From the NCBI RefSeq assembly GCF_036321535.1, contig NC_087436.1, positions 77,502,001-77,566,000 on the forward strand: DNA of 64,000 nt. The letters run 5' to 3'. The number at the start of each line of letters is the position of its first letter. The first letter of the stretch is position 1. The notes under the pieces are model-generated. The model was given only the letters and a program-made list of their open reading frames with translations, did no database searches and was not told the origin of the DNA. This DNA comes from Camelus dromedarius. Its lineage: Eukaryota. This document shows, in pieces, positions 52,914 to 64,000 of the stretch. A program made the position numbers and the translations under genes.

Positions 52914-55900
52914 TGTTAAAGAATAATTTTTAAAAGAAGGTAGAATCATGGTTTTCATACAGGTACAAAATGAACGTGTCAGAGATTTTTAATTCATTAA
53001 TTAACAAGGGACCCATATGATGTTACTATTGGTTCCAAGGATTCAAAGACCAGAGACATGAAAAGGGAATAGGAGATTATGAAATGAATTTATAAATAAA
53101 AGCAAAACTGGTCTATCAAAATCAATGCAAAAATCAGTTGCCTTGCATCAAACACAACTGCTTTGCATTTATACAGACTAGAAGTATTTGCATTATCAGA
53201 TTACTACAACTTAGAGTTGTGATGTCAAAGATGAGAAAACGTAGATGAGTGAGTAGTCAAGATAGCCGCTATTTGATTTTTGCCCGTTTCAAAATCTCTC
53301 ACAGTTTTCCCTGACAGTCTCCTCCTCTCTTTTTATTGTAATAATTTCAAAGAAAGATTATTCTTAAAAAGCTGATCTAATTAGAGTTGCCTGACTTTTT
53401 TTCACATGGATGCAGTAAAAGTGTTATTTTACCATATAGGACACCTTAAGTTTCCTTTGTAAACTCTAAATCTGCACAATTTTGAACAAATGCTAAATTA
53501 AATTGTGCCTGGGAGTTTTCATAAGGAACCTTAAATTGGATTTTTTAAATCCTCTTTTATTTATTGACCTGAGGGTAGGAGACCAAGCCCAAGGAACACT
53601 CTCCACCATATTTCCCCTAAAATATCTATAAATTGGGGTAAATTCCTCTCTTCTCAAGGTCTCCCAAGTATTCTAAAGTTAGTTACATATAATATATAAT
53701 ATTCTTGAACTTTTTAAGCCAAGAAGTAAGTCAGGACTTTGCAGGCAAGTATTAAGTAAAGTCATACTTAATCCCTGAAGAGTGGCTGTCCCTACTTGTT
53801 TGCAAATATGACAGTCCAGGCAAGGCCCTGGTTTACAATTTGTCCAACTGTATGATGTACATGGCAGAGTCTTATTGAACCTATGCAAATAAGTAAACAA
53901 GCATAGAAAGTAAGGAGACTATAAAAATTTCTGAGTCCTAGGGGAATAAGTGAGAATCAGATATCATTTTAAAATGTTTCACTTCAGTTTACAGAAGCAG
54001 GCTTTACTAAGTTGCTATGGGCTACACATTGCTTAGCAGGGAAGAGATAGGGTGGTTCTTACATATCTGGAAAAGAGAACCTTAAAAGAATATCAACAAT
54101 ATTCCAGACAAATAACCACAATCAGTTTCTCTTATTAGTTCATTCAGTCCTATTATAATTGATTCCTGCCCCACTGGATCTTGGGTTAGCTGTCGTATTC
54201 AGTCTTCTTGTTCAGCCTAAAACAAGACCTGGAAATCCTGACTCAGTCCATCCGTGGTACAATCTGAAAGTTGTCTAATCTATGTCAGCTCGGCTTTGAA
54301 TTGTCAATAATTGAAGTACCTGATATAGTCCTTTTCTACAAGATTCTGAGACTTTTATTCTTAGTTGAAGACACAGATTCTCATCTGTAACTTGTAAGAG
54401 AGACTCCAGGGAAGCATCCGAGGGAAACAATGCTATCTGTAGGTGATAGGGACTTAAAATGGCTGAGTGGTGAAACTAATAATTTTCAAATGTGAATAGT
54501 TTGACATGGGTTCATAATAAGGATAATGCAGAAAACAAGTTTAATTCTTTCTGTGACGTACAAAACAAAAGATGATTAAGCCATTCCCTGCCTCCTTCCC
54601 CACTTAAAAAAAATTTAGACAAACCATCTAAGGATAATGATTAAATTTGTTTTAAAAGAAGTTGGTGAATGCTATATCTGATTCGGAAAATAGATGAAAA
54701 TAGTTTTGTAGAGGAAAAAAATCTTGAGATACGACGTCAAATAATCCTAGGCTATGACTGTTTATACCAAGAATATCAAGTAAAGAGATTTGTAAGTAAG
54801 TCTGCAGTAAGTCCTAAACATTTGTCTCTTTAAAAGCAATAGCTGAAATTATAACAGATACATTATACTACCGTTGTCAAATATCATCAGACACAGCACA
54901 ATCAGAACTCTTATAAATGTAGGAAAACCTGATGGAAATATTCCTAAGAGTTGCAAGCAGTGTTTCCCTGAGAGTAAAGCCATATTATAAGATAGCAAGT
55001 TCAATGACATAACTCCAGGGACTTCCCAAAAAGAACACATTTCTGAAATGTTGATGTTAATAACATTATACCTGTACAAATCTTCTTCAGTAAGGCTGAG
55101 CACTTCTTCTGACGTAACACCCTTCCCACAGAATTCTATGGAAAAATCTAATTCTTTCTAGCACCTGCAAGATGAAAGATAAGTCTTTGTGATTTTTCCA
55201 GGGGCCCCCTGGGAAATCTGAAAGATAGCTTCAAGTGTAAAATATATCTTGAAGGTTTTATTGATTCTTTTCTGTACTTAAGATCCAATTATGGAATGGG
55301 AAAAATCAGGGGACAATTGTCTGAGGATATTTGGATGCTTAATTAAGATTGGATCAGGGTGCTACAAAAATAGTGCTGAGTTAACTATTTAATTAAAGGA
55401 ACATTTAAAACAATTTAAAATGTTTAAAATAAACCTTACAGTAACATGATAGTAAAAAACCTTAGCTCTTTATAAGTGAGGAATTTTGTTCTTTGCTCTC
55501 TTTCATTTATTTATTCTTTCTTAAACAATCAAGGATGTAATAAATTCAACACAAAGGATAGAAAATTATTCTCGTAAGGCACAGACTATTTGCCACCTAA
55601 ACAGATTACATAGGTTAAAAAAAAGGAATCCCTTTCATATGGTAAGCAAGGGACTTAACCAGTAAGCCAAGAAAGCAAGCCTTTCAAGATAAGGCAAACT
55701 TTACTAAAATTTTAGCAGATTTCATCACATCTTTTCAGACTCAGGTACTATAAACCAAGGCAAGTAAAATATACTTCCAAATTTTGTCCTTCATTTTGCT
55801 TTTTTATTGTATCAGAGCAATTCTCAGGGGATCCATGAACTCAAAATAATTTTTATATTCATACTAAGATGTTATTTCTGTTAACCTTTCAATGTGTATT

Positions 55901-58212
55901 CATCATTGCTATGGTTAAATGAATTAATATTTTAAATTTTCTCAATTTCCACTTCCAATATGGTAAATATTAATAATTATAATTCACATAAAATTTCTTT
56001 GGAGTCCTCCGTAAGACCCAAGATTTAACAGGGATTTTGAGATAGAACAAAAGAAGAAAAACAGAAGCCTGAAAAGCACTTTTATAAATATATATACACA
56101 CATATATAATATATAGTTATTTATAGTATATATAATTATGCAGCATACAATAGTAATTATATAAATTATAAACATATAAAATTATATGTAGGTTATAAAT
56201 ATATATAAATGTATATTTAATTACTACTGTATACTGTTATAAAACCTCCACTATGTGATAAACTGCTTTCTCTTTGAAACACAAAAACAATTAGTGGTAT
56301 TAGTCTGTCCCTGTTGCTTATATGTGGTCTCACCTAGTCATTAATTGTGATTTTTTAATCAAAGTAACTTCTATTTCATAGTAAAAACTAGAGATAGATA
56401 ACTAAGAACTATCTCTCTTCCAAAAGCACTTTAAGAGACAAAAGTTTATGCTGCAACTTTCTACAGCTACACATACACCTTTTTAAGAGACAAAATGAAC
56501 AGATTCATTAACATGACCCAAGATACAAACTTTCCATAGGATATAAGTAAAAGTATATAAACTTAAAATTATGCCTAATAATTAGGCACCAAATTTTCAG
56601 TATTCTATCTTAGTTAGAAACTATCTAGATATCAAATAAATATTCATTATGTCATTCAACCTAATGGTCATCTAAAGATCTGGGGAATTATATTCAAGCT
56701 GAAATACTAAATAATAAAATTACTGTTGAAATGAAGTGGTCAGAATAATGATTTAATTTTGTTGAATACAAGTTTACATTTCTCATTATCTTAAATATTG
56801 TGTAGGAGTAATGTTAGCTCATTTGATCAGTATATCTTAATAAGTTTAAGACAAGTACACCCAAGTACAGTAGAATAAAATGTATGCTTATGTTATACCT
56901 AACACTGATAAATCAGAGGACAAGCTGTTTGTATTCAACCAAAATTATTACACTAGTCTGATTTACCAAATATTTATCTGTTATATAACATTACATTTTT
57001 AAAACATTTCTGAGACTAACTTTTTAAATATATCATGTTTAACATATCAAAATTTTACTTTCCACATTTTCCTGGAATTTTATAAATATTTGACTTGCAT
57101 AAGAACTCATTTATATAAGAACTGTATAGGCCAATCAGAACAGAGTTTCTTTAATTAAGAGTAGACATTTAAATCTAATGTATTAGTTCCCTCCAAAGAT
57201 AGGAAGATATTATATACTCATACTTAAACATGTCAAGGCCTTTCTGAATTCTAAGCATATATATACACAGAGACACATAGGGAGCTTACAGCTTCAGATC
57301 TAAACATTAGCTGCAGACCAGAAGTAAACACAAAAAAGTTATCAGTCCATATATCAAAAAGTTGTCCTTTTTCCTAATGGGCATGAGATTCTTAGTTTCT
57401 TCAAAATAAACAGACAAAGGGAAAAAAACTAACAAGTCAGATTCTCTGTTGTCTCTCACTTAAGAAAGAATACATCTTGGTAATCTATTAATTTATTTAC
57501 TGAGATCACAAAGGTTAACCCGCAAAATCAAATTCCAAATCATTGTTGTCACCAATGGGGAATAATTTATCCATTGTAAAAGTTACAAAAACAAAATGCA
57601 AAAATAGTAAACAGGAAAATATGTAGAAAAAAACAACAGAGGATCAGCAGAGTTAAAGTTATTTTGCTACTGGAGATTTACCTCTGGGAACCAAGAAAAG
57701 AAAGAGTTCAAGTCGCCCAGGAGGGAGGACAACACTGGGATCACAGGCTACTCAACTGTCAGGTGAATCCACAGGGCATGCAAGTGGAACTTCCAAAATG
57801 TTGACAAGTTAGTTTTTCTTAAAAGGATGTAATTGTAACTCTTGTATAAAATGAATGGACCAAAGATTTTATTTAATCCATTAATTATAGCTTGAACTAG
57901 TAAGATATTACAAAGCAGTTCAAAGGAGAATTCAAAGAGCAGTACATATATAGGGAAAAAGAAAAATTGAAATTAACTTGCAAATAGATGCAAAGCAGGT
58001 CCCAATACTGGGCAATTATCAGTTCCATACCACTGGGCACAATTCATTTGCATCTTTGTAGACAAGAATATTTTGCATTATTATCAGTTTTCTCCAATTT
58101 AAAGATTTGTAAAATAGCACCAGAACAGAAAAAAATGTGGATAGGTGAGCCACTCAAGACCCCCTACTCTGTTTGTTTTACTCATTTCAAGATCTTTACA
58201 ATTTTACTAACT
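52914..58212 (-). mobile_element. Ancient ERV1-class provirus with two diverged LTRs (about 52914-53316 and 57799-58212), no intact ORFs
   Basis: The two ends align by eye as direct repeats. Minus-strand PPT aaaaagagaggaggagac at 53317-53334; degenerate tRNA-Gln PBS at 57778-57795; near-TSD ctat/ctgt. Confidence 0.75.
55812..56035. mobile_element. Charlie1-derived hAT MITE nested in the provirus
   Basis: ggggatccatgaactcaaaataatt...atactaagatgttattt and aatattttaaattttctc...tctttggagtcctc resemble the two Charlie1 ends. Confidence 0.55.
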
Positions 58213-59074
58213 CTGTTTAAGGAAAGATGAGTCCAACGTATTCTTTCTCTCTGGCACAAGAAATTGACTACTATGGAGAAAAGGGAATATCAAAGCTTCT
58301 CTCTAGTCCCAGATCTAAATTTCTTGTCATCATTTCCTATAAGAGAAGATGAGAGAGCAAGTAACACGTTTCTTTTGTGCATCAAATATGGAAAATGCCC
58401 AATGACTAATGTTTTCCAATTATAGATATTATCTAACCCTTTTAGTATCTGTCTTCTCTCTTATCAATACTATATTAGGAAATACTTGCTCCCATAGGAG
58501 CTCCCTAGGAGCCTATAAGTATGACAGACTATCCTGAATAAAAGTAAAAGGATTGAATCTTTTTTCAGAGTATAATGTGAAAGGGGAAAAAAGCAGATCA
58601 AATAGTTTTTAAACTGATAAGAAGTGTTTCATGAAACTCACCTTGGACAGGTAGTTAGTTCCACTAGTCTGAACCAATCTCAAACTTGAGATATTTCTAT
58701 TTGACAAACTTGAAATCTAGATAGGATTCCTTTTGACTTATTACCCTGCAATAACATGTGTTTGCAAAGCCCTTCCCTGGGAATTCTGCAAAGTCAGTGA
58801 CCCATGGGGTTCAGCAGAGTCTAGACAAGCATGAACCTGGGACACTGCTTTGATCCTAGATTTTTCAGTAATGTCACAACCTGAGGCTTCAAAGCTCCTG
58901 ATTAGAATTATCTCTGCTCCTGAGAAAAAGAATATGGGTTGGGGTGGGGCATGTCTGCATGGCCACAGCATTCTTAGTTCTGTTTGCTACAACACTGAAG
59001 CAAGAAGACAATTCATATAATGCTAGTTATTTTCATGGACTGGACTGATTAACAATATGATTTATGTATTTTAG

Positions 59075-59170
59075 GCACAACCAGGTGACAACTCTACTAG
59101 AACCCCTATCCAGACAGAGCTCTACATACAAGCTGTCATTTTTGACCATGTTTCCAGAAGAAAGACTTAA
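59075..59170 (+). CDS. CFAP299: CFAP299 last coding exon (96 bp including TAA)
   Basis: Acceptor ...tttatgtattttAG at 59073-59074. Reads [31 protein letters not shown] in frame with the previous exon and matches the remembered CFAP299 C-terminus. Confidence 0.96.
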   Translation, partial: AQPGDNSTRTPIQTELYIQAVIFDHVSRRKT

Positions 59171-59242
59171 GTACCAACCACGTTAGATGGTTCCCTAATG
59201 GTTTGCTAAGTTTGAATCCTTTAACCAGAAGCAAATTAGGAT

Positions 59243-59281
59243 AATAAATAAGTCCTGTCTAAGGCAAATTAGAATAATAAA
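59243..59281 (+). terminator. Candidate polyadenylation signals of CFAP299
   Basis: AATAAA at 59243-59248 and 59276-59281, about 70 and 105 nt after the stop codon. Confidence 0.65.
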
Positions 59282-60059
59282 AGTTGATAAAGAAATTAGA
59301 AAGAAAATCATAATCTTGTCTATCTTTTTATGGTATAAATAGCTTCTTAATTTGATAAGAAGTTTTTCTAAAAATTTTTCCACGAAGCACTGAAGCTTAT
59401 TGTAACAGTTGATGGGAAAAAATCTTGTTGCTACTTCAGAGATATAGAAACTTATTTTGTAGTTCAGGTTTTCCAGATGTATCCAAATATTCCAAAAATG
59501 GTCCAGGTCCTACTATTGCCAAATATAGTGAGCCAGACCTTATGCTATGTGGCAGTGCGATCTCCTAAAATCATTGAATATTGATGAGAGGCCTCAAATT
59601 GGAAAACAAGCATAAGGAAATATAAATGCAAGGTTTTCAATAGCACTACGTAAGTAAATATAGTATGAAATATCCCATGAGATGATGTACAAAAGTCATT
59701 AAAGTGTTTGCTATGTTTATATGCCTGGACAATATGAACCCCATGAAGCCAAGAAAATGGAATCTAAAGAAAATCAGATTTTAGAGAAATGAGGACTTCA
59801 TAATAGTGAAGAACATGTTTTCCTAATGTGCCCCTGCAGGTGGCTTTTGTGCAGAAAAGATGGTCAGAGGCCATTTGTTATTTGAAATTAATATTTAGTC
59901 TTCCTCTTTTCCTTCCCATTGTCTTCTCTTCCCTTTCTAAATAATCCAGTTCTAAGCAATTAGGTGGGGCCAAGCAAGGTGGAAGTCTGCTCAGTGTGGG
60001 GATGGGAATGGGAGAGCCAGAGCAGGGTGTCCCCAGTTCCAAAAGGGTGAGAAGAGGGT

Positions 60060-61262
60060 ATTCATGGGGGAGGTGATGGTCTGATACAAGGTGTCAGATC
60101 CCAGTCTGGGTGAGTAGAGTGGTGGTAAATTAGAATTGGATGTCTTGGTGTGAACTCATCATTTTCAATACGTACAACAGATAGACTATATGTTAATGTA
60201 TGTGTGTGCACATATTCCAGTGCTCTTTCCACTGAGAGGGACTTGGGGCAGCAACACTCAATATCAGTGAGCACACCTAGCACCCAGATCTTAATTTCTC
60301 AACGCCTTTTTTTTTTTTTTTTTTTTTTTTTTGCCAAAGGCAAGAAGGGATTCTTGGAAAAATGGCTTGATTCTGAGGCTGAGATAGGGAAAGTACAAGT
60401 GTCTGGAATATCTGTGCCAGAAAGAAAAGAAGTTCTGGAAAAATGAAGGGGACTTATCAAAAGGACACAGAATCTACCCTGAAAAGGTTCCCACTGGCCA
60501 AACCTGGGAAAGTTCAGGCATCAAAATAAGCAATGATGACAACAGGCACAAAAAAGGAAACCATAAGGTTTCTACATAAATGAATAAATGGAAAGTTTGA
60601 TGAGCAACAGGATATTTACATAGTATCTCCCACAAAATATTTATTAATTACAGAGGGAACAATGGAAAAGCCTGGAAGACACCATTTTCAGTAAATGATC
60701 AAAGAGAATATGATTAGTAATGAGGTGCACTGATTTGTTCCCCACCAAATAAGATGCAACAGAGGAACTCAGCATCCCTTTTGTAATAATCCTGCCAAAG
60801 TTACATACCCTGAACCTAATCAAGAGGAAAAAATACAGACAAACCCAAATCCAGGGACATTATACAAAATAACTGGCCTAGTATCTTCAAAAGTGTCAAG
60901 ATCATCAAAGCAGAAGTCCGAGAAATCGTCCCAGACTGAGGGAAACCAGAGAGACATGATCAAGGCAACACAGGATTCTGAGTCTTATCCATATCCTATA
61001 AAGGGAATTGGGGGACAATTGGTGAAAATTGAATGGTTTCTAAAGATTAGATGGTCGTAATGTAAAAACGTTTATGTCCTGATTTTGATGATTATATTGT
61101 GGTTATATAAGAAAATGTCCTTGATTGTAGGAAATTACACTAAAGCATTTGGGACTCAAGGTGCATCATCAACAAATTATTTATAAATATCTCTGAGGAA
61201 AAAAAAATCTTTGTGCTGTACTTGCAACTTTTCTGTAAGTCTGAGATTGTTTTTGAAATAAA
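60060..61262 (+). mobile_element. Old L1MC/MD-type 3' region
   Basis: ccactgagaggg...tgagcacacctagcacccagatctt...cccactggccaaa...gtacttgcaacttttctgtaagtctgagatt. Confidence 0.75.
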
Positions 61263-61737
61263 TGTTTGCTTTATTACATTTATAAGTTCAAAACTCTAAT
61301 TATAATTTAACTATGTGTACAAATTATTTTGTTCTATCTATACAGATTTGATGAAATTTTAGCAATAATTTTTATGAGTTCTTCTAAAGTTTAGTTAACT
61401 AAATAACTTCAAACATTTTAAATTTTATCTATGAACTTCCTTACATTCAATTTTCTAGTGATTTCAAATTTCCAACTAACAAGCTTTCATAAACATTTAA
61501 ATAACTCATAAATTTAATAAATTAAATGTATAAATGTACTGACTCATGTTCTCATATAAGTTTTAGTATAGTTCATAAATTTAAAATTTCAATTGAAAGT
61601 AGTCTAAATGAATTATTCAAATATCACATTTTATTTTGTTTTATTTTTAAATAAAAGTAACTTTTATTAAGATGTAATTTTCTCTTAATCCTTATAATTT
61701 TAGGAGCTGCCTCCCCAACTAAGTCTAATTTAGATTT

Positions 61738-62038
61738 GTTCTTCTTTTATTAAAGTATAATTGATTTACAATATTGTTTTGTTTTAGGGGTACGGCAAAG
61801 TGATTCAGTTATATATATATTTTATATTTTCCATTAATAGGTTATTGCAAGATATTGAATATAATTCCCTATGCTATACAATAAGTTCTGTTGCTTATCT
61901 ATTTTATGTAGTTTGTATCTGTTAATCCTATACTCCTAATTTATCTCTCTCCCTTTCCCTTTCCCTTTCCCTTTCCCTTTCCCTTTGTAACCATAAATTT
62001 GTTTTCTGTGTCTATGAGTCTGTTTCTGTTTTGTATAC
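61738..62038 (-). mobile_element. Short L1 3' end containing (TTTCCC)n
   Basis: ttttattaaagtataattgatttacaat...; tttccc repeats at about 61954-61983. Confidence 0.88.
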
Positions 62039-62307
62039 ATTTAAATTGGAATGATAAGGCTTACCTATTAGATACTCTGTCCTCTAATATGGCAATGCTT
62101 CTTAATGTTTTAACTATTTTAAATATTTTTAAGTATAGGTATTTCAAATATTTAAAATAGTATATTTACAAGATTATTCCCATATTTAGTCCCAACATTT
62201 AAGACACTAAAAAACTAATTATGTCATCACAAGTAATTTTTACATTACCTTCCAAATTGAATTTAATGATAGTAAACACGGCACAGAGATCTGAGTTGGG
62301 TTCTGGA

Positions 62308-62662
62308 CGTATTTGTTTGCTAGAGCTGTCATGACAAAATACCTCAGACTGGGTGGCTTAAACAGTGAAATTTATATCCTGACAGTTCTGGGTACTGGAA
62401 GTCCGAGATCGAGGTCTCAGCAAGGCTGGTTTCTTCTGAGGACCCTCTCCTTGGCTCACAAGCGAGAGACAGGCCACGTGGCAGCTTCTTGCTGTTTCTT
62501 CATATGGTCTTTCCTCTGCGCAGGCATCCCTGTCGTCTCTCCAGGTGTCAGAATTTCTTGTTCTTGTGAGGACACCAGTCAGATTGGATTAGACTTCATT
62601 TTAACGCAATTACCTCTTTAAATCCCCTATCTCGAAATACAGTCACAATTCAGCCCATAACA
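62308..62662 (-). mobile_element. MLT1A/B/C-like MaLR solo LTR
   Basis: gacaaaatacctcagactgggtggcttaaaca...ggaagtccgagatcgagg...cacaattcagcccataaca. Confidence 0.85.
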
Positions 62663-63739
62663 TGGGATATGGACTAGAAACATTCAGGGCATTCTCATGA
62701 TTTGAACCTCTTGGCCAAAGCTAAGTGTAGACCTCTGAGGGTTCCAATTTCATGTCTTTTTAAATGAGAGTGGCCTTGGATTCAAATGTCACATTGCCTA
62801 ATTTTGTAGCCTGATTTAAGTTTGCAGCACCAACCCAGGTTGACTGATCTTCAATGAATCTATGTAAGGTTTCATTCTATTTCTAAATTGTTTTTATATT
62901 CTGTCAACAGAGCCACAACCCCGATAAATGTTTAAATGACATCTCATTGTGTAGAGCTTATCTCTCATGTCTTACCTTGAGCTGTGATCACAGTACTAAG
63001 GTCAAACCAATGCAACTATTGGAAATTGGAAATTCCTTTTATGGAAGCTTATTAGGTTGACTTTTACCCAGTAAAGAAGAGAGAGCAATTAGAGAACTGT
63101 TACGCCTGAGTCCAGGGTACACCAAGAAAGTAATTTTAACTTGAAGCTAATGGTCAGATGCAGGCCAAGAAAAGGGAATATGTGAAATGTATGTGAGAAT
63201 CAGCAGAAGAACGGCGGGCCAAAGACACAGGACCAAAGAATGAGCTAGCCGACCGAAAGGAAATGAAACAAGAAATTGAGCAATGCAATAAAGAGTGAAG
63301 AGCATTAGGAACCAGACTATTTGGCAAGCTGATGTTGGGAATTGGCCAATTCACTTTATCTCTCCAGACTTTGGCTCTTGAAGGTCCCTTCAAAATCCAA
63401 AACATCTATGATTTCTCCTTGCTGTTTTTCTAATCTATTTATAGACTCCCTCAGCTGAATAGAATAGCCTTGCAAGTTAAGTGTAATTTTCTCCAAGTGA
63501 TAGTTTAAGTGTATTGCCCAAGACTCTAGTTGCAAGTGATGGATATCCAATTTGAAGCTTTATTATAAAAACACTGAGATGTCTCCTAGAACTAAAGAAA
63601 GGAATATGTCTGCATCCCAGCAATAATCAAAAGTAAACGTTTGAACACTATCAGAAGTCCCACTCTATCTCACTAATGTGTTTTTCTCTGTGCATCATTA
63701 TTGTCTTCCAACAAAACAGCCTATTTCTCCAGACACACA

Positions 63740-63864
63740 CCTCTCTCTCTCCCTCTGCCCCACTCTCTTCTTCTTCTCCCCCTCCCTCTTCCTCCACCCC
63801 CTCCCTCTCCCTCTCTCTCTTCCTCCCTCTTTCCTTCCCTCCTTCCCCCCTTCTCTTTTCTCCC
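63740..63864 (+). repeat. CT-rich polypyrimidine low-complexity tract
   Basis: About 125 bp almost entirely C/T. Confidence 0.9.
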
Positions 63865-64000
63865 AAGTCCAGAATCCCAGAGAAGGGAAACTTGAACTTA
63901 GTATCAATCAGGAGCCCAGCTCCACTAAAATTTGAAATCTAAAATGGTCAGGCTGTGCAGATTTATGTTCCCCATAATTACAACAGCTGTGACAATGTTG

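Noticed and set aside
56080..56230. AT-rich stretch
   Set aside because: Degenerate (TA)n low complexity.
63651..63942. Five overlapping ORFs
   Set aside because: Artefact of a stop-poor CT-rich low-complexity tract.

Overview
AT-rich mammalian genomic DNA. The youngest L1 3' ends look camelid-type (alpaca/camel); this is recalled, not searched. The only protein-coding content I can support is the last two coding exons of CFAP299 (C4orf22) on the + strand: 40223-40352 and 59075-59170, followed by a short 3' UTR with two AATAAA signals. Bases 1-40222 are most simply one long intron, 40353-59074 is the final 18.7-kb intron, and the last ~4.7 kb is 3' flank (towards BMP3 if human synteny holds). 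The rest is mostly interspersed repeats: L1 of several ages, L2, MIR, MaLR and ERV1 LTRs, and Tigger and hAT DNA elements. Repeat family names come from memory of consensus sequences and need RepeatMasker/Dfam confirmation; boundaries of old repeats are approximate. I see no convincing new gene or multi-gene system. The best leads are: (i) a solo ERV1 LTR with two perfect tandem GAS/STAT motifs 1.6 kb downstream of the penultimate exon; (ii) a very old, complete two-LTR provirus with a recognisable tRNA-Gln PBS and a PPT; (iii) a TSD-flanked bipartite L1 (5' UTR fused to the 3' end) that could belong to a non-autonomous family; (iv) several candidate cis-regulatory patches.
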